Part shown: piece by piece, positions 24,801 through 37,689 of the stretch
Layout: every line of letters begins with the position of its first letter
How positions within the stretch are numbered: position 1 is the stretch's first letter
NCBI GenBank assembly: GCA_051362555.1
Contig: CM120640.1
Span: forward strand, 36,785,967-36,849,966
Direction of reading: 5' to 3'
DNA from: Lingula anatina
Lineage: Eukaryota > Animalia > Brachiopoda
Length of the DNA stretch: 64,000 nt
Made by a program: the position numbers and the translations under genes
The notes under the pieces: generated by a model
Told to the model about the DNA's origin: nothing
Database searches by the model: none
Seen by the model: the letters and a program-made list of their open reading frames with translations, nothing else

Positions 24801-27774
24801 GTAAGTGGCTTTTCTTGTAAAGATTTTCAGTTGAAGGCAGCTTTTATAACAATAGCAATAAAAAGACACGATGATCTGCATGATGTAAAGATTTATTATG
24901 CTCTGGGCTCAGAACATCTGCAGCTTGGATTAATTGAGTTAATTTTTGTTGAATGTAAGCTGAGATTTCCATAACAGATGGTTATGCGATATGTGTGGTG
25001 ATAATTGTACCCAAACTGCAGTGTTCTAGGTTTATTGGTTTCAAAACTAACTTCATGAAAAATAGAATAAAATGAAATAAAAATATTATCTTGTTAAAAC
25101 AAGATAAGTGTCAGTATTTAAATTTGTAAAATGGCACTGTGGCCTCGAAGCTATGGAGGGTGGGGAATTTTATTACATGGTGATAAAACAATAATGGTAA
25201 AGTCAGAAAATAAATGCATGTAAAAAGACAAATATGCATTGAGTATTGATACAGGTTTTATATGTTTTAAGTTTTATTGGCAATTAAGACTTAATCATAC
25301 TTTCTGTAATCAGGCATTGTTTGACATAAAGCATTTAGATTGGGGAATTTTTATTATAAGATAATAATTTTCATTGAATGATTGAATATTGCATCAAAGG
25401 AAAAATTGAAGAAAGATACTGGTGCTGTGATCATTGATATTCTGTGTTAGTAAAGTGTGCAGTTTGTGGCTCACAGTAATAAAAGCATGTGTTGCACAGT
25501 GAAGACTATTCACTGGCTTTTCCCATCTCAGATGACATGTTTTATTTAGTTTACTTGTTATAATGTTACCCCTTAACTTCTTTTAACACAATTATCCTGT
25601 TAATGAGCATATATTATTGAATAAGAAATATTCATTCTATTTACAAAGTAAAGAAAATTGTGTTATGGATCCCCCCCCCCCCCCCAAAAAAAATAATAAA
25701 TAAATAAATAATAATAATAATGTCACAAGCTTGGCCATGACATTATTTTAGAAATATTCTAAAAATCTAGACATAACTTAAATATAAACTTAAAATTATA
25801 AACACTCTGGCAGTCAAAATCAATATATTTTTGCCACCAGCATCCTGTGTGCAAATTGAGATACAGATTTTTATTTTGTTTGGGTCAAATTTGTTAATGT
25901 TTATTTTTCTCCTTTCCCATAGATACATTTGGCATTGTAAACTTTCTCATATTGCACCCTGCAGACTTGCACAAGTTAGGTAAATGCTGCAATATGCCTG
26001 AAGGCAAAAATAGTATTCTTTACATGAACAAACAAAAACATTATGGCTTAATAAATCCCTTTCTCTGGTTTTACTTACTTTGCCTAAATTGACCAGTTGA
26101 AAAAATATGACGGCAGTTGATGTAATGTCACTCAACTGGTACATAAACATTTAGAGCATCTGTTTCACTTGAATGTGTGGAGAATCAGTCATTTCCAATA
26201 TGGTAACTGTGTGGTTTAAGACTTTTCCTAAAAAATTGAACAATTTTCTCATAAAAAATTAGGTAAGCTATATGAAACTGATATTCACAGCAGAGAGAAG
26301 ACATTTTATTTATGATTCAGGTCCTCCATATCTTTTTAGGTGCATGTAATTTAAGGTGTATGCATGTTTGATTTTTTTTCCCAAAGTGGCTGGCCAAGGA
26401 GTTTAAAATAAAGGGATAAATAAATAAATTAAAATAATAATTATTATTTTAAGAAGAATAAGAATCCCAAGTAATATACTTCTTTAAGTGGAATTTTTTA
26501 TTATTTTAGAAACCAGAGAGACTGCCTTTATCTATGCCATCCAAGCAGCCAGTGTCATGCATGAAGTGGCCAGAGCGTGTGCCAAGGGAGAGCTGAAAAC
26601 ATGTGGCTGCGACAGCAACATACGTAACCAAAAAACCGATGGAGAGTTTGAGTGGGGTGGCTGCTCCCATGATATAAATCATGCTAATCTGTTTGTGTCT
26701 CAATTTGTGGATTCTACTGAAATCAAGGTGAAGGCACCAGGGCAGATGAATCTTTGGAACAATGAGGCTGGAAGACTGGTAAGTATGTGTTAGCTACGCC
26801 TAAATTTGATTTAAAAAAAAATAATAATAATGAAACAGTTAGCTAATCAAATTTAAAATAAAAGTATATTATTTATATATGTATATTTTCAATGGTGCAA
26901 AGCTACCATGAATGTATATTGTGCACTAGAAAGGTGATTTATTTTAAGGGAGGTTGAAACCAGGTGATGGAAAATTCCCTGTGAAATTGATGAAAACTTA
27001 TCTGTCACAGTCTGTAACAAAGTTTGTAGGAAAATATTGGCTTGAAAACCTCATTGGCATTAAACAGTGATGGTATGAGCAATTTCAAGACCTGACATTG
27101 TGTTAAGATGTAGGAGATCAGTTGTGAATAAGACAAAACACAATTGGTTGTGACAAGCAGGATAACCTACCGCAATTGTCCACTCCCATATCATTTATGT
27201 ATAACAGTGGATGAATATTATATATTTCAGGCAGTCTCCTTTTTTGCCTGAAATTAAATATATTTACTTCATTAAAATTTTTCTTGATCATATTATCTTT
27301 GTTTCTATCCAGGCCATTTCCGGTGAAATGAAACTTCTCTGCAAGTGCCATGGAGTCTCTGGATCCTGCTCCATTAAGGTGTGTTGGAGAACGACAGATA
27401 ATTTCCGCAAAGTTGGCAAGAACTTAAAGGAAAAATTCGATGGAGCGAGCCATGTAAAATATAGCAAAAAGAAGCAAAAGTTCAAACCAAGGAACAAGTT
27501 TCAAAAGTTACCCGGCAAAACAGACCTGGTGTACATCAAGGAGTCGCCAGATTATTGTACCCCAAATCATAAAACGGACTCCCTGGGGACCAAGGGACGC
27601 TTGTGTAATAGTACAAGTCAGGGTCTGGATGGCTGTCAGTTAATGTGTTGTGGGAGGGGGTACTACACAACAGTAAAGCAAGTAGAAGAAGACTGTGACT
27701 GTAAATTCATATGGTGTTGTGAAGTGAAGTGTCAGAGATGTAAATATAAAATTCAGCAAAATTTCTGCAACTGA
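15726..27774 (+). CDS. WntA: Wnt ligand, most likely WntA subfamily; complete gene, 4 exons (15726-15817, 24547-24800, 26510-26778, 27313-27774), 358 aa
   Basis: Signal peptide [22 protein letters not shown]; Wnt motifs [36 protein letters not shown], acylation loop [27 protein letters not shown]; 24 Cys in the mature chain. CSIKVCWR and DGASHV resemble WntA as I recall it. Wnt identity is certain; the subfamily needs a phylogeny. Confidence 0.88.
18309..18476. mobile_element. 168-bp MITE with CAGGGGCGGAT termini in Wnt intron 1
   Basis: Left caggggcggatttag, right ctggatccgcccccg; flanked by direct repeat tagtg (18304-18308 and 18477-18481); internal repeats of gaagacggtca. Confidence 0.75.
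23670..23990. repeat. Diverged tandem duplication, two units of about 163 bp
   Basis: Both units start cttggtcacc and share gggaca.cttccaaacagaaaaaa.atgac and tgtttttga.agag.tccag.agcc. Confidence 0.7.
23997..24140. mobile_element. Old MITE with imperfect 44-bp terminal inverted repeats built from about 15-bp subunits
   Basis: gggtgcatggcaatagtcctaaggttcattggtctgaatgttca matches the reverse complement of the right end at about 31/44; no TSD visible. Confidence 0.5.
24547..24800 (+). CDS. WntA: Wnt exon 2 (YLGLSP...[13 protein letters not shown]...VFGKVLQI), absent from the ORF track
   Basis: Acceptor acacag ends at 24546; donor GTAAGT at 24801; phases 2/1. Confidence 0.92.
26510..26778 (+). 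CDS. WntA: Wnt exon 3 (KTRETAF...[11 protein letters not shown])
   Basis: Within ORF 26488-26793; acceptor ttttag ends at 26509; donor GTAAGT at 26779. Confidence 0.93.
27313..27774 (+). CDS. WntA: Wnt exon 4 ([19 protein letters not shown]...QQNFCN*)
   Basis: Within ORF 27211-27774; acceptor tatccag ends at 27312. Confidence 0.94.
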   Translation, partial: AISGEMKLLCKCHGVSGSCSIKVCWRTTDNFRKVGKNLKEKFDGASHVKYSKKKQKFKPRNKFQKLPGKTDLVYIKESPDYCTPNHKTDSLGTKGRLCNSTSQGLDGCQLMCCGRGYYTTVKQVEEDCDCKFIWCCEVKCQRCKYKIQQNFCN

Positions 27775-29249
27775 TCAAGTGTTAAGTTTTCCTGACAGTA
27801 TAATGATTTATCACTGCCAATAAGTATCCATCTATGCATAAAGGGTCCCTTTCAACCTAAATGCCCAGGCAGGTAACTTGAGATTAAAGGAGAAAAGGCA
27901 AGCTGGACTTTCATCTTAACTCCCTCTTAACTAAGGATGATGATCTTGTCTGTGTAAATGTAAATATATTTATATATACTTTAGTTTTATATAGTATCTT
28001 AGAAAAAGGTTGAACTTGACCAGCATTTGTATAAAATGATGCCATAATTTTAGCTATTATGTATAGATATATTTTGGAACACATTCCATATACCACAAAC
28101 TATATCAAAAAGATGATGCATTTTGATTTTATGAAAGCAATGAGCAGACACAGATTGCTGGGTCTGTCATCAACATATGTTGCCTGTAAATCTGACTGTG
28201 CATGTAATTTGCATGCAAAAGTTTGCTGGATGATTTGTGTTAGATTGTAATGCAATAAGTGACTTCAGGGAATAATCCAACTTTAACTTCCCCTTTTCAG
28301 TTAAATCTGTCTTAGAGAGACTCTCAAAATGCCACCATATTAGAAAATGCATAACAGGTTTGATGCCAAGTCACTTTAATTTTATATTGCATTGTCATTA
28401 TTTTTATTAAATTAATTGTAAATTGATTGCAGTCTCTTGAACCTTTAGCAATATTATATATTTTATTAATGATGTTTGTATGACTGTCAGCTTTGCTAGA
28501 AGTAGAGTGATGTCAAAGATAAATACTGTTGAACCTTGAATATTGCTGGGGTTGGAAGCATATGAGAAACATTCTGGACAAATCTTTGCAAGTGCCCCCA
28601 TCCCCCCCCCCCCCAAAAAAAAAAAAAAAAATCAACCAGTCAACCAGTGATGTAATCAGTGGTGACATCAGTGTTGAAATTGTAGATATTAAAGAAATAT
28701 TTCATGCTGATGCTGTCTCAACCCTTACTAGTCAACATTAATTATCCAATCAAAATAGTATTTTTAATTATGATAGATACCATCCACCTCATCTAAAATT
28801 ATTTTCTTTTGTCGATATGGTATGATTATCAATATAAGCACTGTCTTATCATGTGTATAACTCCTCTGGTTTCAGTCGTTTTAGACATAATATGTATCTT
28901 ATATTGGATTAATGGGATATTTGTTGGATTTTGTTTTCTTTAATTAATACATAATATTTTCAAAATAGCCTGTTCTTTTGTCTCATAGTTACGCTGCCCC
29001 CTTTTATTATTAAAGTCAAAGGGGTTGATTCTTTTTTCTGATTCAAAAGGAGGATGGTTTTGTGATTATCAGCATTAAAAAATATATGTGTAAGTATGCA
29101 ATATTGAAAATATTTAAACTTGATGTACAAAACTTGAAATTTGAGATGAAGCACCGAGTATTATAAAGGCAACAGGTCACAGTTATTGTACCACACAAAT
29201 AAAAAAAAATCGGTTACAGAATTCTAACAATTCTCACTTTTTCTTCTGA

Positions 29250-29303
29250 TGATTGGTTGTCTAGACTAATTATCTCTGATTGGTTGTCTAGACTAATTAT
29301 CTC
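29250..29303. repeat. Perfect 27-bp tandem duplication
   Basis: tgattggttgtctagactaattatctc twice in a row. Confidence 0.85.
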
Positions 29304-29398
29304 TTTTTTATTTTTGTCATACACGAAATTTCAGGCCAGTGGTCACCATGATTATTTTGAATGTGTAAATAAGCAAGTCTAATAAGAATTGATAATAA

Positions 29399-29429
<31 letters not shown>

Positions 29430-29601
29430 GAATAAGAAATAAGAATTCTATACCAGTGCTTGTAATCTTAATGGGAGAAAATTTTTGTTGAAAAGCAACA
29501 TTCGTTCTCAAAATTTAGAGTACTACATTTTAGCTTTATGATAAATAGTGCACATGGGTGCATTGCTGAAATTTGTAGAAAAATTCATTTTTTTTATTTT
29601 T

Positions 29602-29602
<1 letters not shown>

Positions 29603-29637
<35 letters not shown>
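29603..29637. repeat. (CA)n microsatellite
   Basis: Direct reading. Confidence 0.95.
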
Positions 29638-29641
<4 letters not shown>

Positions 29642-29905
29642 TTCATAGCCTCAATTCCTGCTAGCCCAGACCTAAATATAAAATCTCGTTCTCAATAACA
29701 AAGCAATAATACATTCTATTCCTCAAGGGTTTTGTGTGAAATACCTGTAGATATAACTTGGTGTTCAAAGGAAAATGTTGGTATTTTAAGATTTCATTTC
29801 TTTTGTCAAGAAAAGCGACTATCAAAGATAGCCAGAGTTAAACATCCAAATATTAGAACATATTCGCCTTTCTACGCTGAAGTTATAGTGTAGTGTCTGG
29901 TTTCC

Positions 29906-30057
29906 AGTTTTGTTTTTCAAAAACGAACCTGGCAACCAAAAACTAGTGCTGTTTTTCAAAAACAAACCAGGCAACCAGAAACTAGCGTCGTTTTTCAAAA
30001 ATGCACCTGGCAACTAGAAACTAGTTTTGTATTTCAAAAACGATTTTGGCAACCAGG
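29906..30057. repeat. 39-bp tandem repeat, about 4 units (gtttttcaaaaacgaacctggcaaccagaaactagtgtc-like)
   Basis: Unit starts at 29912, 29951, 29990 and 30029; an inverted relative lies at 37690-37770. Confidence 0.85.
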
Positions 30058-30059
30058 AT

Positions 30060-30306
30060 GGTCCTGAGCCCCACTTTGGTTTCTGAAAAGTATAACACAC
30101 CAATATTCCCCTCTTGAAATTAGAATTTTGACTATAGCTAAATCATTGTTCTAAACTGTACCAAAGGGCACTGTTTGCTCTCCAAAACAACAAATTTTTT
30201 TCGGGGCCCTAACCCCACACCAAGGGGGGATGGTCGGCTTCGCATCAGAAGCCTGTCGTTCCTGACCCTCCCCCCCCCCCTTCAAATAATCCTGGATCCG
30301 CCCCTG
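30060..30306. mobile_element. One end of a CAGGGGCGGATCCAGG-terminated DNA transposon fragment
   Basis: cctggatccgcccctg at 30291-30306 is the same terminus family as 18309-18476; matching left end not found, so the start is approximate. Confidence 0.45.
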
Positions 30307-33300
30307 GACCTATTGTGATTTCTCAAAAACCAAACGATAAGTCAAACCGAAGCGTCCGCGCGGAAAGTAGGTGACCTGTTCATCATTATGTAAATCAGGT
30401 GAGCGTTTTGGTGAGAGGTGCTCAGATATGACCCAGGTCAGTAGAAGATGGAGAAGAAGGATGTCCCATGCCATACTGCTACTGCCACACGTAGACCGAA
30501 AAGATGGCACTGAACCCGGCAGCAGTATCTCGTAAGTTCCGTACAGATGATAGAAAATGTATTGTAGCATTTCTTATTTTTGCATGGACGATGTTTTCCC
30601 GAAAAGGTGTATTACAGGCTTAATGACCATGGGGACATCTACCTGACGCGAAAAATACTTTCTCTTAGCTTTCCCTCAGTGTCTTTTGGTCACCCTTTTG
30701 TTTCTGATACCATTAGTTTTCCACGAGGGCTCAATATATGAATAGATATATTTGTATAATTTTAAACTTTATATTGCGATTTGTTAATTATAGGATGTTA
30801 GTTACCGGGATATATGCAAAGGAAACTGACACGAATTATTATAATGAACATGTACTGCTTTATCAGATATTTAGACATAGTTTCATGAATGTGAAAATTG
30901 TATTCCTTTAATTCCAGTGACACTAAGTACCGTTTATGAAGATACCAGAAGCGCCCTACACAGAGACACGTTTGGTGTTGGACACATACTGGTACAGCCC
31001 CACACCCATGTCAAGATTGCCTCCTATGCCGACGTTTGTCTATTCGTTAATTTGCAGGGACGACATTAAGTATGGAATGTTATGTTTGCTTTTGGTTGTA
31101 ACATTCTGCTCCAAAACGTACTTCGAAGTATAAGTCGAATAAAAAGAGCTTTTTATTCATGAAACTTCTCATAGAAATTTTAATTTTTAAAATTAATCCA
31201 TACTAAGCTTCCGCCCTGTATGATGTTGGTTTGCTTTTTTTGATAATTGCTTTTTAATCTGTCGTAGTGCAGTGCTCTTTCTGATTATGGTGTTATGAGG
31301 GTAATTTATTAATACTTATGGGTCGGGGTTGATAGCCTACCCGTCCCTTTTTAAACCTGAAACCTTAGATTTGAATTTTTCATTTGAGAGAAATAATGTC
31401 TGTATAAAAATGATAAAGTGATAATTTTAATATTATCATATATAAATTTCCAAGAAAAGAAACGTCACTGAAAATATGTGTGGGCAAATCCGCAACTTGA
31501 CTCCTCGCTGCGACACTCTTATTCTTTTAAAATGTTGTTGACGTCCGGGAAGGAAAACATTGCAACCGCATTATGAAATGGAAACTTCTGATTACATTTA
31601 TCGTGTGTTCAGTGGAAAAAGAGGAAGGGATGTAAATCTACAAAAGACACTGTTAATAAAACGTATAAGCCTTAGAAATCCCAACATTATTTAATGGGCA
31701 AAATGTTCCAACGTTACTCCAGAATTGTCCACATGTACTATAACGATCTTTTAACAATTATGCATATGGCACTGTGGCTATGAATAAACTTTCTCTGGTT
31801 CTCGGTGTTTTCAGTGCTGGGCGGGGATCAAACGCCTGTTTTCTGAAACCAAGTTAGGTGGGGTAAAAATTGTCATCCGAATTGAAAAATTGATTTAATA
31901 TTGCAGTAGTAGAATGGAGATCTTTGTTGCGTATATGATAAGAATACTGTTCCTATAGTTGGCTACAAAAATTTCCCAGGATTGAGATAATTAATATGCC
32001 GTTTAGGACTTATATTACGAAACAGAAGTGTCGAAAAACAAAAACGGGAAATGGACTTCATTTAGATATCGTTTGTCCATTAAAATGTTTCTGTAGGACT
32101 GACATTAATCATAGCCTGTTGCATTCCTTATTTTCAAAATCACTTGAGCTGGTGCAAAGCCCAATTTTCAGGTGGTAATGAGAAAGGATTCGATGAATTT
32201 ACAGACCGTGAAGTTTGCTAAAAAAGATAGTGAATAGTTAATAATTCTTAAATAAAATCTATAGATTTTTAAAAGATTAGATTATAGGATTTATTATTTC
32301 ATCTGTTACACTAAAGTCCATTCTACCAGTTTGGTCAGTTATTTATTTAAGAATTGTACGGAATTATCATCTTAAATGTTATTTCAAAGTATTTTCTTCA
32401 TCTAAATGGCAAATTCGATTTTATACCAAAGTGAATCTTCACACTTTGTTTGGTTTTAATTTTTAAAGTGGAAAACATGCCTAAAATGTGCAGAGGAGCG
32501 TTCTAATTAAAGTTGTTCTGTATTCTTATACATTTTAATTTTTCGGGGATAAGGGGTGATTAAGAAGGAAGCTAAAACAGATGAACGAAGGTGGTGTTTG
32601 TTTACTTTTACGTTTTTTCCCTGGCCATTCGTTTCATAGTGTTAGAGACAAGTATCACATTTATTGACATTTGTTCAGAAATATACATGCTCCTTTCATT
32701 TTAATTTTATATCTTTTTATTGAAATTTCTTTATAAATTTGATGCTCAGCCAATGCTAATTATTTCAATATCAACTTTTTCATTAGAAGTTTCTTTAGTC
32801 TAAATTAATACATGTATTACCTTAGAATAATTGATTGCGTTATTAACGTATTACATTCATATTTCAGAACTGCAATCTAATTGGCTGACTGTCGAAGGCA
32901 CGTGACTGATGGAACCACGCCCAGCCTTCAGCCCGTATTAAGGAACTGGACACACTCATGCAAACGAGCGCACACGTACATACAGTTATAACGATTGAAC
33001 AGGTTTATGAACTGGTGAACTGGCGCGTGATCTTGTTGTGATTTTAAAAACGTTTTAGGATTACATATTGATTTTCTTAAGTTGAAATGATTTACTGATG
33101 TAATTCATGAGCCATATACCTTAGGTATGAATCATAATTCTTTTTAATTGTTCCAAACAACTAGCTCAGATGAATCTGATTCCATTAAAACCCTTTCGGC
33201 TACCTCAAACTGTCTACACGATTAATTAAACTTTGGGGATAAAGGTGTTTTTTCATCGTATAGTTGGTGTAATCTCTGGTAAGTTCATTCTTTAAAGTCG

Positions 33301-34283
33301 ATTAGCTATCACATATTTTTTCTTAATTGACATTGTAGAATTGCATTATTAATTTTAGGAGTTTATTACGATGTAATCGTAAACCAACGCGTTACGAAGT
33401 ATTTCACCCGAATAAAAGTACATTTCTTTTTGGAGTTTTCAATTTCTAAACAACCCAGAGATGGTTATAAAAGTGGTGTTTATATACACACGCGTTTTAA
33501 AATATATGTTATCTAGTTCAAATTGTATTCTTTGAACTGTTTCAAAACACCTAAAAGATGACTTGAAAACTTTGCAAATTGTCAAATGATATCTTTGCCC
33601 AAACTTTGTCCATGTATTGAGATCACTGTTCATGTGATGCAGTGCCTAACGTCGCGCATTAAGTTTTCACGTGAATTTTTCAACTACCGATTGTTATTTT
33701 ATAAATAGATATAGTATTTAATTTCAGTTTCGCCGTGGTCTATCTTATTAACAGTGCTGAAACATAACAGCTAATTTAAACGAGAAATTAAGATATGCTG
33801 TAGATTTCTTCTAATTTATCATATAGCGCACTTTGATAAAACCAATTCTTCTTATAACAAATAACTCCATTCTATATTATTAGCCTTCATCCTTGTATGC
33901 ATATTCTATGGAAATTCTAACATTACTTGTGAAACAACGTTTGAATCTGAAACCAAAATCGGTAAGAAAGACTAACATTTTGAAACAATGCACCTTGTAT
34001 GTGCAAAAAATCCATTTTTCTGTTTTGCAAGAGTGTGTATCTTTCTATCAAAATAGTTGCGTTTCTACTGAATAAAAAAATATGCATTAAATTGTTTTTA
34101 CATGCAATCTATTAAAACTTGGGTTCAGTTTAATTATCATGCGTACTGCACGTTCAAAGTTGTTTTCCTATTGATACTTTCAAAATGTAGTCTATTTGAT
34201 TCTGTAATCCTTTAATTCAAATCTGAATAAACTGTGTTCTAGTAAAGCATGCGGTGTTTTTTGTTTTTTGTCCAACCCGTATC

Positions 34284-34869
34284 GAGGCGTGACAAATGGG
34301 GCGAGTCGGTTTTATTTTAAGGGGTGAAAGAGGGGCAGATCCATTTTGCTTTAGGGGTGACAGGTGGGGAGAGTCCACTCGATTTGAGGGGTGACAGGTG
34401 GGGAGAGTCCATTCCATTTGAGGGGTGACAGGTGGGAAGGGTCCATTCCATTTGAGGGGTGACAGGTGGGAAGAGTCCATTCGATTTGAGGGGTGACAGG
34501 TGGGGAGAGTCCATTCCATTTGAGGGGTGACAGGTGGGAAGGGTCCATTTCATTTGAGGGGTGACAGGTGGGGAGAGTCCACTCCATTTGAGGGGTGACA
34601 GGTGGGGAGAGTCCATTCCATTTGAGGGGTGACAGGTGGGGAGAGTCCATTCCATTTGAGGGGTGACAGGTGGGGAGAGTCCATTCGATTTGAGGGGTGA
34701 CAGGTGGGGAGAGTCCATTCCATTTGAGGGGTGACAGGTGGGGCGAGCCCATTTTATTTGAGGGGTGACAGGTTGAGTTCATTTTATTTCAGGGGTGGCA
34801 GGTGTGGCAAGTTCATTCCTCTCGAGGGGTTGCTGGTGAGTTGAGTCCATTCTATTTTGAGGGTGAAAA
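34284..34869. repeat. 34-bp G-rich minisatellite, about 17 units (tgaggggtgacaggtggggagagtccattccatt)
   Basis: Period 34 (e.g. 34521 to 34555); homogeneous core, degenerate edges; explains the three overlapping minus-strand ORFs with 34-aa periodicity. Confidence 0.95.
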
Positions 34870-37689
34870 GTACAAGTAAAAAAATCTATAGAATTGTGCA
34901 CCAATTATTTGGAAGTTAAAACTAAACCATTTCATTCCATTTCCAATAATTTCTTTATAGATAGATATCTTTTTATCTCTATGATTTAGCGAGAAGGCAT
35001 TAAGAGTTTTTTAAGGGAAGTGATTTCAGAACACGAGGGGGGGGTCTCCTGGTGCTTTTGATTGGTTAAACATCAACTTTTATCTTGAAACAAATGATTT
35101 AGCAAGCATGCAAAACAACCCAAAACAAAGGGTCTACCCCAAAATGAAAAATTGAAAAACTCGGACAGCAAAGTAACTCCAAATTTTCCCAAAGAGAATA
35201 TGGCAAATTCAAAATAAACAAGTATGCCAGCAAGGTTTGCGGGGCAGGGAATGTCAACATTTTATTAACATAATTGAATAGTACATGATGCTCTACTATG
35301 CCAAGATTTGAAATCAAACAAATAATTACTTGGATTATTCAGTATATTTTTATGACCAGGTGATGGTAGTAGGAAAATTCTTTACATGATATTTTTCATT
35401 TAACGAAACATGTTCATGAGAAGAGGGATTTGAACTTTTGTGATCAATACCATACCATCCCAAACTTTTTAGCGAATTTCAGTGAGAGTCGCAATCCTTA
35501 AACTATCTGTATTTGGTGCTTAATTTTATTAAAGCATAAAAAATCTTTTAAAAATAGAAACAAATTTAGAAAAGTACGATTGTAAGTACAAATTATTCTT
35601 GCAGGTATTTCTAAAATATTTTGAATACACTTTTCTGGGTTTAAAAAAATTATTGCCAAAATAGGATCGACGTGGCCACATAACTTAATTTTAGGCACAT
35701 TAACAAAATCTAAAAACTATTTCAAATTAAATAAGGTAACACCAACATAAAAAGCAAGAGCAATATTGATGTATTAAACTTTACAGAAAATTTTGAGAGC
35801 GCTCGCCAAATTGTTACAGATCATTCATTCCCCTTATTATCATTACCGTTTTAAGTACTTCATATCAAAATGAAGAACCAAAGATAAATGCGTTTATTCG
35901 GTTTTAAGACAATAATGTGTATATAAGGGCGTCTGGTTCCAGAATCCGCACAAAAGACTGGGTTACTTGCAGGTTCCGTTTATGCAGTAAATCGGAAAAT
36001 GTGGTGCATCTGAAATACGAAAAATACATTTAGTATTGATACTTGCGTATGATAAATATATAATGTTATATAAGGTTATAAGCTTATAATTGAAATCCAT
36101 TACATCTTGTTGACATTTTTGAAAGTTTCAGAAAAAGGATTGGCTTGGGATCATCTTAGATAATGGTACGAAATTAATGCATATATCGAATTTACGATGG
36201 CCGTCCAGCTATTGCACTAACAATTGGCTTTGATCATTACCAGGTATGTATTCATATATATAACATGTCTTCATATAGTTACCGTTGTATTCTCTATGGA
36301 CAAGATGAGGCACCTTACATGTAGGCGCCGTGAACCTCCATGTATAATAATATTCTTTTTAATAAGCGTTAAACTTAGTGGTTGAGAAACCGTGTGTGCG
36401 CCCGTATATATATATATATGCGACGCGCTTGTGTTGAAATATTTAACGAGAACTTACCTTAAAAACAATTTGACGGTTTGTCCATCTACATCAGAAAACA
36501 GCCTACGCTTCACGCCATTCGTCTAAAATAAATATTCAAAAGTATACGATAACTGCAAACTAAATACGTCTTTACAAGTAAATTGGGAACCCATATCTTT
36601 GTATCAAAGTGTTAGAAGAGCACTCTAAGCTTTATTTGTCATATTCATTGCGATAATGCTATTCTCATTCAATTGTCTAGGGTCAAACATTTTCAAAAAG
36701 ATAGACAGTTCACAGTGCTAAAAGGTATCAAATAAATTCAGATGCTACTCAACGTTCAGCTGCGTGCAGTGATTTTTCTGCATGCATTCTGATATGTAAC
36801 ATAACAAAGACGTGTTATAAACATTTGACTAAACTTACGCGCTTCTAGTGTTTTATCACAAAGATGATTGTACATATAATGATACTTGCAAGATATATTT
36901 TCCTCTACGCCTAATAGTAAAAGCTTGACCTCGCGATTGTACCTTGCATATCCTGCGTCTTCACTTTACGCTGCCCAACTGTCAAGTGACACATCTGGAA
37001 GACAACTCATGCTGCGATGAGTGACTTATTGTTATGTAAATATCAACAGGTAAGGTTCATTTTAGGTGAGGGGTTGTGGCTCAAACCATTCTCACGAGAA
37101 AAAGCAAATGTACGTACCCTGATACCTTTTTAGAAAAAAAAAATATTAGACATTTAATGTATTCAGACGTTCTTAAACTATAGGTATTACACATTAGATA
37201 ACATGTATGCTGGAAGAATTTCAGTTGTTTTTAATGCTGACAAACGTCTTGCAGCTAAATGCATTTTATTGCTGTTTCGCAAAGAGTAATTTAACGTCCT
37301 TGTTATAAGTATATCATTCTTGAAACTTTCAATTGTGCATCTTTTTAATTAAAAATGAATAAGAGAAAATTACCCCGTTCTCTTTACTCATAAATGTCAC
37401 AAGCACGCATATTTATGGCAAAGAATGACCGATGGAAGCGACCGATGCAACCACTTCAAGACACTGTTTACTTTTCAAAATATAATATAAATCAGGCGTT
37501 TTTCTCGTAACCTGCCATAGCATAAATTGACCAGAACTGACTTTTGGCTGATACAAGAAACGATAAAATCTTTACGCCAGAAGGACGAAAAGCGGTACAC
37601 GCCACACCGGTTTCTACGGGGAAGATTACCTGGTTGCAGTAGACATCTAGTATTGTCTACTATCGCAAAAACGATTCTGGTTTCTCAGC

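Noticed and set aside
16960-25400. TCF/LEF-like CTTTGAT sites in Wnt introns suggesting feedback
   Set aside because: The number seen is compatible with chance in AT-rich DNA; no clear clustering without conservation data.
34217-34782. Three overlapping minus-strand ORFs (100-143 aa) with repetitive Pro/Ser/His-rich sequence
   Set aside because: Translation artefacts of the 34-bp minisatellite; all three frames give the same 34-aa cycle.
34284-34869. CRISPR-like array (34-bp period; also the 39-bp array at 29906-30057)
   Set aside because: Units are contiguous with no unique spacers, there are no cas genes, and the context is eukaryotic.
35009-35501. TTAA-flanked segment resembling a second Kolobok element
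   Set aside because: The two ends are not inverted repeats of each other.
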